This document shows, piece after piece, positions 1 to 9,582 of a DNA stretch of 64,000 nt. A program made the translations under genes and the position numbers. Source of the stretch: Candidatus Hydrogenedentota bacterium. GTDB lineage: Bacteria; Hydrogenedentota; Hydrogenedentia; Hydrogenedentales; CAITNO01. Numbering within the stretch: position 1 is the stretch's first letter; each line of letters starts with the position of its first letter. The notes under the pieces were generated by a model, which saw only the letters and a program-made list of their open reading frames with translations, did no database searches and was not told the DNA's origin. The DNA lies in assembly GCA_029776995.1 (NCBI GenBank), contig JAKOTZ010000030.1, positions 4,355-68,354 on the forward strand, in the 5' to 3' direction.

Positions 1-2
1 CG

Positions 3-563
3 GTCGAGCTTGGGTTCCGCAGCGCGGGCCTGGCCGACCGCAAGGCAACACAGTACGGGTTCGGTTCTGCCGGAGATTTCGGCTTCACGCGAAGGGAGAC
101 CGGATACAGCGCCGACCGCGATAACAGCCTGGTTCTCGGGTTCTCGCTTCCCCTGCCCATATTCGACCGTAACCAAGGCCGGATTGCGGCCGCTGAAGCC
201 ATGATCTCAAAGGTGAGTGAGCAGCGGCGCGGCACAGAAGCGGCGGTGCACGCGGAACTGTCGTCGGCCCAGCAAGCTGCGTCTGGGGCCTACGCCAAGG
301 CCCACACGCTGCAAAAGGAAGTCATGCCGAAGGTCGACGAGACATTCCAGAAGATCCAACGAGGCTATCAGCAAGGCAAGTTCAGCTACCTAGAGGTGCT
401 GGACGCCCAGCGCACGCTCTTTGATGCGCGAAAATCATTCCTCGATGCACTGACCCGGTACCATCAGAGCATCGTGCGGTTGGAGCGTCTGACGGGGCAA
501 GTACTCGAAGAAAGAGACACTGAACTCGAACTCGACATGGAAGGAATAAGCCATGAGAAATAG
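3..563 (+). CDS. czcC: TolC-family outer membrane efflux protein (CzcC-like), 5' truncated by the window edge
   Basis: The frame is open from base 3 and contains SLPLPIFDRNQG, then GYQQGKFSYLEVLDAQRTLF; TAG stop at 561-563; overlaps the czcB start. Confidence 0.9.
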   Translation, partial: VELGFRSAGLADRKATQYGFGSAGDFGFTRRETGYSADRDNSLVLGFSLPLPIFDRNQGRIAAAEAMISKVSEQRRGTEAAVHAELSSAQQAASGAYAKAHTLQKEVMPKVDETFQKIQRGYQQGKFSYLEVLDAQRTLFDARKSFLDALTRYHQSIVRLERLTGQVLEERDTELELDMEGISHEK

Positions 564-1908
564 AAATCTAGCTTTCCCCGGCCGTCTACAGCTTGGCGCC
601 ATCGCGTTGTTGGCCATTGGCATAGCAACAGTGGCGGCCTTTTCGGTATTCCCCGTCAATCTGACAGGAATCGTTCAAGCTGCGGGAACAGCGGAAGAAC
701 TCCACGACGACGATCATTCAGCAGGCCCGAGTGACGGGCAGGAAGAAGCCGGCCATGAGGACCACGAATCTGGTCAAGAAGAAGGGAGGGGAGAGGAAGA
801 CCACGACGGCCACGCTCACGGCGACAATGAAGAGGATGAGCATTCCGAGGCGATGACCCTGACCCGGGCGGAGATGAATGAACTCTCCATCACACTCGCT
901 GAAGCAGGACCGGGAAAGTTGGATATTCAAGTGAGTTTACCAGGGGAAGTGCGGCTGAATCAGGATCGGCTGGCGCACGTCGTTCCGAAGCTCTCCGGGA
1001 TTGTGAGGGAGGTTCACGCGGCCTTGGGAGACAAAGTTCAAGAAGGCGACGTGATGGCTGTCCTGGAGAGCCGAGACTTGGCCACGTTGAAGGCGGCCTA
1101 CCTTGCGGCCCGTGAACGGGTCAACTTGGCACAGGCAACCTACGCCCGAGAGAAGGGACTTTGGGAAGAGAAGATCTCGGCGGAGAAAGACTACCTCGAG
1201 GCCAAGAACTCCTTGGCGGAAGCGCATATTGCCTTGAAAGCGGCCCAGCAACAGCTGGAGGCTCTGGGGCTGCCAGACTCGGACATCGCAGGGCTGACTC
1301 AACAGTCCGGCCGTTCGCTGACGCAGTACGAGATTCTCGCACCCTTCGAAGGTACCGTCATCGATAGGCACATCGCTTTGGGTGAGTTCGTCGAGGCGAA
1401 TGCGGATGTCTTTACTCTGGCGGATCTCAGCACCGTCTGGGTGGACCTCAGTGTCTATCAGAAGGACCTGTTAGCGGTGCGGGAGGGGCAGGAAGTAGTC
1501 ATATCGGCCTCCGGCGCCCTACCCGATGAATCGGGGAGAATCGCATACATTAGTCCCCTTGTTGGAGAAGACACGCGCACCGCTCTCGCTCGCATTGTGC
1601 TACCCAATCCCGAAGGTCTATGGCGCCCAGGTCTTTTTGTCACCGCTCGAGTTGCCATCGACGAGCTATCGGTTCCCTTGCGGGTTCCAAAGACGGCGCT
1701 CCACACCATCGACGGGAAGCCCAAAGTTTTTGTCCAACATGACGGAGCGTTCGAGGCAGTGCCTGTGGAGGTCGGCCGTGTCGATGCGAATGCCGCGGAG
1801 ATTCTGAGTGGACTCGACGCTGGGCAGACCTATGTGGCGACCGGTGGCTTCCATCTCAAAGCCGAGATGGAAAAAGAAGCGTTTGCAGGCGATGGACATG
1901 GACATTAA
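553..1908 (+). CDS. czcB: RND efflux periplasmic adaptor (CzcB/CusB family) with His/acidic-rich N-terminal linker
   Basis: N-terminal TM segment, His/Asp/Glu-rich tract, barrel-sandwich hybrid motifs (HVVPKLSGIV, APFEGTVI), LPNPEGLWRPGLFV. Confidence 0.92.
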   Translation: MRNRNLAFPGRLQLGAIALLAIGIATVAAFSVFPVNLTGIVQAAGTAEELHDDDHSAGPSDGQEEAGHEDHESGQEEGRGEEDHDGHAHGDNEEDEHSEAMTLTRAEMNELSITLAEAGPGKLDIQVSLPGEVRLNQDRLAHVVPKLSGIVREVHAALGDKVQEGDVMAVLESRDLATLKAAYLAARERVNLAQATYAREKGLWEEKISAEKDYLEAKNSLAEAHIALKAAQQQLEALGLPDSDIAGLTQQSGRSLTQYEILAPFEGTVIDRHIALGEFVEANADVFTLADLSTVWVDLSVYQKDLLAVREGQEVVISASGALPDESGRIAYISPLVGEDTRTALARIVLPNPEGLWRPGLFVTARVAIDELSVPLRVPKTALHTIDGKPKVFVQHDGAFEAVPVEVGRVDANAAEILSGLDAGQTYVATGGFHLKAEMEKEAFAGDGHGH

Positions 1909-1932
1909 CAGCCGATTTGGAGAAGAAAACAC

Positions 1933-4900
1933 ATGATAGACAAGTTGATTAATTTTTCTCTCCGGAATCGTCTGCTGACCATCGTGCTCGCGGTTCTTGT
2001 GATGGCTGCTGGTTACTACAGCTACACGCGTTTGCCGGTAGACGCTTTTCCGGACGTATCGCCTAATCTGGTTCAAGTCTTCACGGAAACGGAAGGTCTT
2101 GCGCCAGAGGAGGTCGAAAAGTTCATCACCTATCCCGTTGAGGCCTCTATGAACGGGCTTCCCGGTGTCGTAAACATCCGCTCCGTGTCGAATTTTGGAT
2201 TGTCTGTCGTCAATGTGTACTTCAAAGATGGCATGGACATCTATTTCGCCCGGCAGCTTGTTGGCGAGCGACTCCAGGAAGCGCGCGAGCAGATCCCGGA
2301 AGGCTTCGGTGAGCCCGCGATGGGACCCATTTCAACCGGAATGGGGCTAGTGCTCTTCTACTACCTGGAGGATACGACAGGCAAGTACTCACTCACCGAA
2401 CTGCGGTCAATGCAAGACTGGATCATCAAGCCCAACCTGCAGACCGTACCTGGCGTGACAGAGGTTCTGGGCATAGGCGGTTATGAAAAGCAGTATCATG
2501 TCGTCGTCGACCCGACGGCCCTTCTGCGTTACGACCTCACAATAAACGAGGTCATCGATACGCTGGAGGCGAACAACGTGAACGTGGGCGCCCAGTTCAT
2601 TGAGAAGAACTCCGAGGAGTACGTCGTGCGGTCGGTCGGGCTTGCCACATCCATAGAGGACATTGAGGAGATCGTCCTGAAATCCACGGATGGCACGCCC
2701 GTTCACGTGCGTGACGTTGCCAATGTGGAGATCGGCGGCGCTATACGACGAGGCCTGCAGACGCGCAACGGCATGATGGAAGTAGTCTCCGGACAGGTCA
2801 TCAAGCTCTTCGGGACTAATTCGTCTACCGTGATTCAGGCAGTAGAGCAACGCCTCGCCGAAATCAACAAGTCCCTTCCGGAAGGCGTCTACATCCGGCC
2901 CTACTACGACCAGAAGACACTGGTGGCGGCCTGCGTAGCCACGGTTACCAGCGCGCTGATACAAGGCATCGTTCTGGTAGTGGCAGTTCTACTTGTCTTC
3001 ATGGGCGGCTTCCGTCCCAGTCTTGTTGTCGGAATGGCCATTCCTTTCTCGGTCCTGTTTGCCTGTATTGCCATGGGCTATTGGGGAATCTCGGCCAATC
3101 TGATGTCCCTAGGCGGATTGGCCATCGCTATTGGAATGTTGGTTGATGCCACCATTGTGGTCGTGGAGAACGTGGATCGCGTGATGCACGAAGACGAAAC
3201 GGGCGAACGCCGAATCCATCTCGTACGGCGCGCCTGCGCCGAGGTGGGCCGACCTATCGCCTTTGCCACTGCCATCATCATCCTCGTTTTTCTGCCCCTA
3301 TTCACGCTTCAGGGAGTCGAGGGAAAGACTTTCCGGCCGTTGGCGTACACGGTGTCTCTCGCCATGCTGGGGTCATTGGTATATGCGATAGTCATAGCAC
3401 CGACCATGAGCGACCTCCTTATGCGGAGAAGGAAGGCGAGAGGCGCAGGCAAGTCGCGAGCGTCTCTTTTTCGTAGGGTCTTAGGCATTGCGTTTCCGCG
3501 TCTTAGACACGCATCCTCCCACAGGGGGGAAATCGAGAGCCGTGAGGCCCCGCGCGAGGTCTTACCGGTCCGGGTGATTCTGTTCTTCTATCGCCCGGTG
3601 GTCGATCTGTTCGTTCGAGCACGGATCCTGGCGGTGGCTCTGTCCCTGGCACTTGTCGTTCTTGGCGTACTTGTCTTTCCGCGTCTAGGTTCGGAATTCA
3701 CCCCCGAATTGGAGGAGGGCACTATCGTGGTTCGCCTGACAATGGCGCCATCAATCTCCCTTCGCTAGAGTATCGAGACCACCCAGATGATTGAACGTCG
3801 CATCTTGAAGGTCCCCGATGTGGTGGAGGTGGTGAGCCGTATTGGGCGTGGTGAGATGGGAGCGCACACGGACCCCATCAACTCGGCGGAAATGTATGTT
3901 CTGTTGAAACCTAAACGTGAGTGGATTTCGGCGTCGAGCCAAGAGGGGCTTGAGGACGTTCTCCGTGAAGCTATCGGAGAGGTGCCCGGAGTAGTCGCCA
4001 ACTTCACGCAACCCATCGCGATGACTATTGACGAGCTTCTGGAAGGAGTCCGGGCTGAACTGGCCATCAAGCTCTTTGGTGATGAACTCGACGAGCTGAA
4101 GAAAAGTGCCGATGATATTGCGGCCTTGGTTCAGAAAGTGCGGGGCGCGACCGACGTACAAGTGGACCAGGTCTCGGGGACGCCTCAACTCCTGATTCGT
4201 GTAGACCGCAAGGCCATCGCACGGTATGGCATCAACGTCAACGACGTGCAGCAGGTCATCAGGGCGGCGGTTGGCGGCGCGGAGGCAGGTCAGATCTTCG
4301 AGGGAATCCAGCGCTATGACATACTCGTTCGCTACGCGCCGGAGTATCGGGAGACCGCCGATGCAATTAGAGATGTGTTGGTCACCTCGCCCACGGGCGC
4401 GAAGGTGCCCCTTGCGGAAGTGGCTCTCGTGGAAGAAATTGTCGGGCCCCGCCAGATTACGCGTGAGAAAAACCAGCGCTTCATTACGATCCAGTGTAAT
4501 GTCGTGGACCGGGACATCGTTTCGTTTGTCGAAGAGGCTCAAGCGGCCATAGATGCAGAGATCGATCTGCCTCCTGGTTACTTTGTGACGTGGGGAGGAC
4601 AGTTCAAGCTGCAGCAGGAAGCCAACAAGCGTCTTGCGGTCGTAGTGCCGGTCACGCTTGCCTTGGTGTTCTTGCTGTTGTTCAGCAACTTCCGATCCCT
4701 GAAGAACGCCTTTCTCATAGTCCTGAATATCCCCTTGGCCTTGATAGGTGGCGTGGTCGCGTTGTGGCTCAGTGGGCAGAACCTATCCGTACCCTCTAGC
4801 GTGGGCTTCATTGCGCTCTTCGGCATCGCGCTGGAAAATGGCATGGTCCTGGTGGCGTACTTGAACTAGCTTCTCCGTGACGGAGTGCCGATAAATGAAG

Positions 4901-5157
4901 CGTCCGTTCGGGGTGCATGTCTTCACGTGCGGCCAGTCCTTATGACTGCTGTTACCACCGGCCTTGGGCTCTTCCCGCTGCTGTTTTCAACTGGGACCGG
5001 TAGCGAGGTCCAACGCCCCTTGGCGACGGTGGTCGTTGGAGGCCTTATAACATCCACGGTACTTACACTCCTCGTCTTGCCAGCCTTGTATAAATGGTTC
5101 GCCGTTGCGATTGAGCCAGAAAATGCAGGAAGTCAACCCGGAAAGGACTTGCCATGA
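1933..5157 (+). pseudogene. czcA: CusA/CzcA-family HME-RND permease interrupted by two in-frame TAG codons (3766-3768, 4867-4869)
   Basis: ORFs 1933-3768, 3787-4869 and 4885-5157 are all in one frame, about 1074 codons in total; LPVDAFPDVS, GMLVDATIVVVEN, GFIALFGIALENG, RPVLMTA, SEVQRPLATVVVGGL. Confidence 0.9.
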
Positions 5158-5492
5158 AGGAAGTACGAGCATACATAAAGCCCCACAAACTGCCTGAGGT
5201 GACCCTTGCGCTGCATCATGTTGAGGGTCTAACTGGAATGAGTGTTGTCGATGCACGGGGATTCGGCCGCGAATCAAGATCAGGTCATCACGAAACTGGT
5301 GAAGATGCATTCGATTTTGTTCCATGCGTCAGGGTGGAGATCGTGTGCGCCGATGAACTGGTAGATCCCATTGTAGAAGCCATTCAGAAGAATGCGCACA
5401 CGGGGCTCAAAGGCGATGGAAAGGTCTACGTTTGCGAGGTCCAGGATGCAATCCGTATCGGGACGGGTGAACGCGGTGAGGATGCTGTTTAG
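5154..5492 (+). CDS. PII-family (GlnB-like) protein associated with the metal RND cluster
   Basis: YIKPHKL, GFGR, TGLKGDGKVYV, DAIRIGTGERG; ATGA overlap with the czcA stop. Confidence 0.9.
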   Translation: MKEVRAYIKPHKLPEVTLALHHVEGLTGMSVVDARGFGRESRSGHHETGEDAFDFVPCVRVEIVCADELVDPIVEAIQKNAHTGLKGDGKVYVCEVQDAIRIGTGERGEDAV

Positions 5493-5564
5493 TCTCCTCA
5501 CCGCGTATGTGGCTTCAGGTGAGCCTTCTGAAGAAGTTCAGCCGCAAAAGAGGTTGTCCTGACG

Positions 5565-5816
5565 GTGTGCCCATCGAAGCAACATAACAAGAGTAGGAAT
5601 GTAAAGCCACAGAGAAAGGCTCCTCGACGCCAGAAGGTTAAGAGCGCCGTCATCTGGTTTCTTGCGGTACTAGCGGCCCTCGGTTTGACCGGAACTTTGG
5701 TGTACCACGGACTAGGTTCGTATGGACACGTTCACCTGCCCATGGCAATGGTGGTAGCCGTTCTTTGTGTTGTCGGCGTGGCTCTCTGGAAGATAGCGGC
5801 GATCTGGCTGGGATGA
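5565..5816 (+). CDS. Small hypothetical membrane protein (basic N-terminus, two TM segments)
   Basis: 83-aa ORF filling the gap between PII and cadA; two hydrophobic stretches; GTG start. Confidence 0.45.
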   Translation: MCPSKQHNKSRNVKPQRKAPRRQKVKSAVIWFLAVLAALGLTGTLVYHGLGSYGHVHLPMAMVVAVLCVVGVALWKIAAIWLG

Positions 5817-5847
5817 GCAAGGACTTGCTTCAGGGAGGAGACGAAAA

Positions 5848-6813
5848 ATGTCAGAGGTGAGTTTCAAGATTCGCGGAATGGACTGCGCTGAGGAGGTGGA
5901 CGCTCTCAAGCGCGAAGTGGGTACGCTTGTTCGAAGTGAGGAGCAACTCCTGTTTGACGTCCTGAATGGCAAGATGACCGTGGTCCTTGACGGTGAAGGC
6001 CCAGGACAAGAAGACCTTGTGGCCGCTGTCGCCAGGACCGGAATGCAGGCCATTCCTTGGCAGGACCATGTCCAACAAGAGGCCGAGGGGCAGACTCCAT
6101 GGGCGCAGCACGGTCGCAAGATCATGACGACCGGGAGTGGGCTGGCCCTGGCATTCGGGTTTTCATCCCATGCGTACGTACATGGTGTCGTTGATGCTCT
6201 AGCGGGAAGCGAGGCAACGGACCACACCTTTCCATGGTTCTCCATCTTGCTCTACGTCGGCGCGATCATCTCTGGCGGCTGGTTCATATTCCCCAAGGCG
6301 CTCTACGCCGCCAAGCGGCTGCGGCCGGATATGAACCTGCTCATGACCGTCGCTGTAGTTGGCGCCGTAGGGATTGGCGAGTGGTTTGAGGCGGGGGCTG
6401 TTGCCTTCCTCTTCGCTCTCGCCCAACTCCTCGAATCCTGGAGCGTGAGCCGGGCAAGAAGAGCAATCGGCGCGCTTCTGGATCTATCGCCCGCCACGGC
6501 GCGCTACATCTGTCCGACAGACGGAGGTGTCGAAGAGAAACCCATCGAAGACGTTCCTGTCGGCGCGACAGTCCTGGTGCGTCCTGGCGAGAAGATCCCG
6601 CTGGACGGCGAAGTCACCACAGGTCGTACCACGGTCAATCAGGCCCCGATTACCGGGGAGTCCATGCCTGTTGCGAAGGAGGTGGGAGACGAGGTCTTTG
6701 CGGGAACAATCAACGAAGACGGCGCCATCGAATTCCGGGCGACGAAAGCAGCGAATGACACGACACTGGCGCACGTTATTCGAATGGTGGAAGAGGCGCA
6801 GTCGCGGCGGGCG
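5848..6813 (+). pseudogene. cadA: Heavy-metal P1B-type ATPase (CadA/ZntA-like), N-terminal half only
   Basis: HMA GMDCAEE, PDMNLLMTVA, VRPGEKIPLDG, ITGESMPV, MVEEAQSRRA; similarity ends before the CPC/DKTGT motifs; the frame runs on to a stop at 6927 through unrelated sequence. Confidence 0.9.
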
Positions 6814-7325
6814 AGATCGAGAAGGTCGTCGTCGAGCAGCTGGGCGCGGTCTTCCGCACACCCACGCTGGTGGCCAGAACGTTCATGTCCGCCCGGAATC
6901 AGGAAGACGAGGAGCGCCGCCGCCTGAACGATGAACAGGCGCGGCTCAGGTCGGAATTGAAGGCGCTTCAGGACGAGGCGATCCAACTCGTGCGTGACGG
7001 CGGCGACGCCGACAGGATTATGGAACTGAACACAAAGGCATCCTCGGTCGGCCACGACCTCGACCGGATCGAGCGCGATCTGGCTGGACTCGGTCAGAGC
7101 AACGTCACCGAGCATGACGTCGCCGAGGCCTTCGGTTCGCTTGAGGAATTCTGGGAGGTGCTGTTTCCAACCGAGAAGCAACGTATCGTCCAGACGCTGG
7201 TCGAGCGGATCACGGTCTGGCCGGATGGACTCGATCTGAAACTGAAAGCCGTGGGTGTCGTGGGACTGGTCGCCGATCTGAACGCCTATGCCGACGAGGC
7301 GCGGCAGCGGGGAGGCCAATCATGA
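6804..7325 (+). pseudogene. C-terminal remnant of a large serine recombinase (integrase)
   Basis: AGEIEKVVVEQLGAVFRTPTLVARTF, a coiled coil, FWEVLFPTEKQRIVQTLVERITVWPDGLDLKL; catalytic N-terminus missing. Confidence 0.85.
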
Positions 7326-7741
7326 GCGAAGGCAAAGTCACGATCCGCTCCACCGCCGACGGGGGCCTGCTGATTCACGTGCCGATGCTGATGCGCAAAC
7401 GCTTCGGGCGAAAACTGATCATCGCTCCCGAAGGCCTCGATGGATCGAGCACCGGCGACCATCCCGCGAGCCAGGAACGGCTTGTCGCCATTCTGGCCCG
7501 CGCACATGCTTGGACCCGGCTTCTGGATGAAGGGAAGTACGGATCGACGAAGCAACTCGCCGACGCGCTGGGCAAGGACCCATCTTATGTCGCCCGCGTC
7601 CTGCGGCTCGCCACCCTCGCGCCCGATATCACGCAGGCCATCCTCGATGGCCGCGAACCCGACGGGCTTTCCTACATGAAACTGATCAAGGTCCTCTCCT
7701 ACGATTGGGACGAGCAGCGCAAAGCGCTTGGGTTCGTGTAG
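7322..7741 (+). CDS. Recombinase-associated HTH protein (possible directionality factor)
   Basis: VPMLMRKRFGRKLII, ARAHAWTRLLDEG, YVARVLRLATLAPDITQAILDG; this family typically lies directly downstream of large serine recombinases; ATGA overlap. Confidence 0.75.
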   Translation: MSEGKVTIRSTADGGLLIHVPMLMRKRFGRKLIIAPEGLDGSSTGDHPASQERLVAILARAHAWTRLLDEGKYGSTKQLADALGKDPSYVARVLRLATLAPDITQAILDGREPDGLSYMKLIKVLSYDWDEQRKALGFV

Positions 7742-8310
7742 TCGTCTCATCCCATTGAAATCTCCCTCGCCTTCGATGCCGGAAGCGCATACCGCGCCTC
7801 CGGCTTTTTGCTGTTCCGCGGCCATTTCGCGGTCACCGAGCGTGGGGCGGGCTTGCCGTCATGACGGCCACGAAAGGAAATTCTCTCAAGAAACGCTTCC
7901 CGACCCAGGAAGCGAATGTCAGGAAGGCTTCCAGGCGGATCGCGTTTTATCCTTTGTTTATGCGGGTTTCGTGAAACGGCTGTGGACTCGCGGTTCGATA
8001 AACGCCTTTGTGGGCCGTTTTTCGGGCAGGCCGTTCGGTGGCCAGTCACAAAACACGGAAACCAACGAACGCCAAAACGCCTTGAAATGGTGGGTGTTAT
8101 GCGAAATCGCCTCCTCGGACTGAGTCCACAGGTATTGGAGAGAACAGAGAGAATTGGGGAGAAATGTGGCCGAATCGGCAGGAAATGCAGGTTGGCAAGT
8201 CCACAGGTCGGGGGGCGGGAAACCGCGCAAACGCCCGCCAACAAAGGGCCGAAACGCAAAACGCCCCCACGGGCCAGTTGCCCGAGAGAGCGTGGTTGCA
8301 TTTTGGAAAA

Positions 8311-8663
8311 TGGTGGAGGCGGCGGGAATCGAACCCGCGTCCGGAAGTGCTTCCACGAGCGTATCTACGTGCGTAGCCTTTCTTTTAGGTCATCGCCACC
8401 GGCGCGCGCGTCAGGCGCGCTCACGCCGGCCGCCAGGCGGCTGAGCGTCCTTCCCGGGCAGCCGCCGTCATCCCGGGTCGGAGCCCGCTGTCGCCGTCCC
8501 GTTCCGCTAGCGGGCGGTCACGGAAGGGACGGGCGGCCGTTATTAGGCCGCCAGCGCCAAGTTGTCGTTGGCAGTTATTGATTTTCCCGCTTTTTACGAG
8601 GCCAGCGGGTCCTCGGCACGCAACACTCGCTTCTTCCACCCCCGTCGAAACCGGGACGCCCCC
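8311..8663 (-). ncRNA. ssrA: tmRNA (SsrA), proteolysis tag (A)ANDNLALAA
   Basis: 5' GGGGGCGUCCCGGUUUCGACGGG; 3' GGACGCGGGUUCGAUUCCCGCCGCCUCCACCA with a G3.U70 pair; tag frame GCC AAC GAC AAC TTG GCG CTG GCG GCC TAA TAA at 8572-8540. Confidence 0.97.
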
Positions 8664-8705
8664 ACGGGCATCGGCCAACGAGGCGCTCAGCGAATATCCA
8701 ATTAG

Positions 8706-8714
8706 ATTATACCA
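8706..8714 (-). promoter_or_regulatory. Extended -10 promoter (TGG TATAAT) for ssrA
   Basis: The minus strand reads TGGTATAAT about 43 nt upstream of the mature tmRNA 5' end. Confidence 0.6.
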
Positions 8715-8771
8715 CTGAATCCGCAGGAATCTGACATTTTTTTCGGTGGCGGAACGTTGGAACTGCCGCCA

Positions 8772-9281
8772 TTACTGGCCGGCAGGGGCTGCCTGGGCAG
8801 GAGGCTGCGCGGATTCGGCTCCGGCGGGCGCAGGCTGAATCACCACAGGCAGCGTTATCTGCATAAGCTGGACCGTGCCGTGTTTATCCCGAACCATGAT
8901 CGGCCGGCCGTCTTCCGCTATGGCGGTAATCTGCATGGTATACGAACCGGGAACCGCCTGACGAGGAACAACCACTGCCATGGACCAGGTTCCATCCCCC
9001 GCTTTCCGATCAGGCGGCTGCCCGTCATTACGCAGCCGGAAAGTCAGCCGCGGGTCTTCGAGAATAACGCCTTCGACACGTTTCACAATCTCCTGCCTGT
9101 CCCGGAGCTCAACCGTCAGCACGCCTTCGGTTCCAGGAAACAGCTGTTCGGGCGTAATTTCCGCCCGGCGCATCGCGGGCTGGCCGGACAGGGTATTGCA
9201 ACCGTTCAACAGGAACACGAAGCCGGTCAGCAAACCAAGCACAACCGGAAATAACCCGCAGCGTTTAAACAGACTCAGCAT
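8772..9281 (-). CDS. Putative lipoprotein with choice-of-anchor X-like domain
   Basis: Signal peptide ending LLNGC; LRNDGQPPDRKAGDGTWS motif; start chosen at MLSLFK. Confidence 0.65.
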   Translation of the reverse strand: MLSLFKRCGLFPVVLGLLTGFVFLLNGCNTLSGQPAMRRAEITPEQLFPGTEGVLTVELRDRQEIVKRVEGVILEDPRLTFRLRNDGQPPDRKAGDGTWSMAVVVPRQAVPGSYTMQITAIAEDGRPIMVRDKHGTVQLMQITLPVVIQPAPAGAESAQPPAQAAPAGQ

Positions 9282-9582
9282 GGCGCGTCTCCCACTCTGC
9301 AGCGGAACGCGATCCGCCCGCACAGAGTTATTGCCCTACAGCAGCATAAGCGTACCGCACCGCCTCGGTCCGGATCAATGCGGCCGAGGCAGAAACCGGC
9401 CACTACCGTACATACGCCGGATCGGGGGAGATAAAACCCTGAAATGCTCTCATCGCCCGGCAGGGCATCAAAAAGAGATTAAAAATCGCGGCCCTGCAGG
9501 TGTATAGTATTCATCGGAAGGGGAAATAGACATGGGAGTTCTATTTCCCGTGGAAAAAAACAACTAATGGGAGAAGTGTATT

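Larger units (their letters stand above)
1..8310. mobile_element. Right part of a degraded genomic island integrated at the ssrA 3' end
   Basis: Recombinase remnant and partner gene next to the tmRNA 3' end; metal-resistance cargo; codon usage looks less GC-biased than flanking host genes (judged by eye). Confidence 0.75.

Noticed and set aside
10-204. 64-aa ORF suggesting a frameshift in czcC
   Set aside because: The TolC motif lies in the frame that is open from base 3 into ORF 201-563, so no frameshift is needed.
1933-5157. TAG reassignment (Gln or pyrrolysine) in the island
   Set aside because: czcC (563), the PII gene (5492) and the HTH gene (7741) end in TAG at their natural C-termini, no pyl genes are in the window, and neighbouring genes are also broken. 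Decay is the simpler explanation.
6814-6927. Functional CadA fusion protein with a novel C-terminus
   Set aside because: The tail is an out-of-frame read of recombinase DNA, and the product lacks the CPC and DKTGT motifs.
7958-8678. ORFs 7958-8356, 7916-8581 and 8421-8678
   Set aside because: They are translations of the tmRNA and att region (for example MEALPDAGSIPAAST is the tRNA-like domain) and are not proteins.
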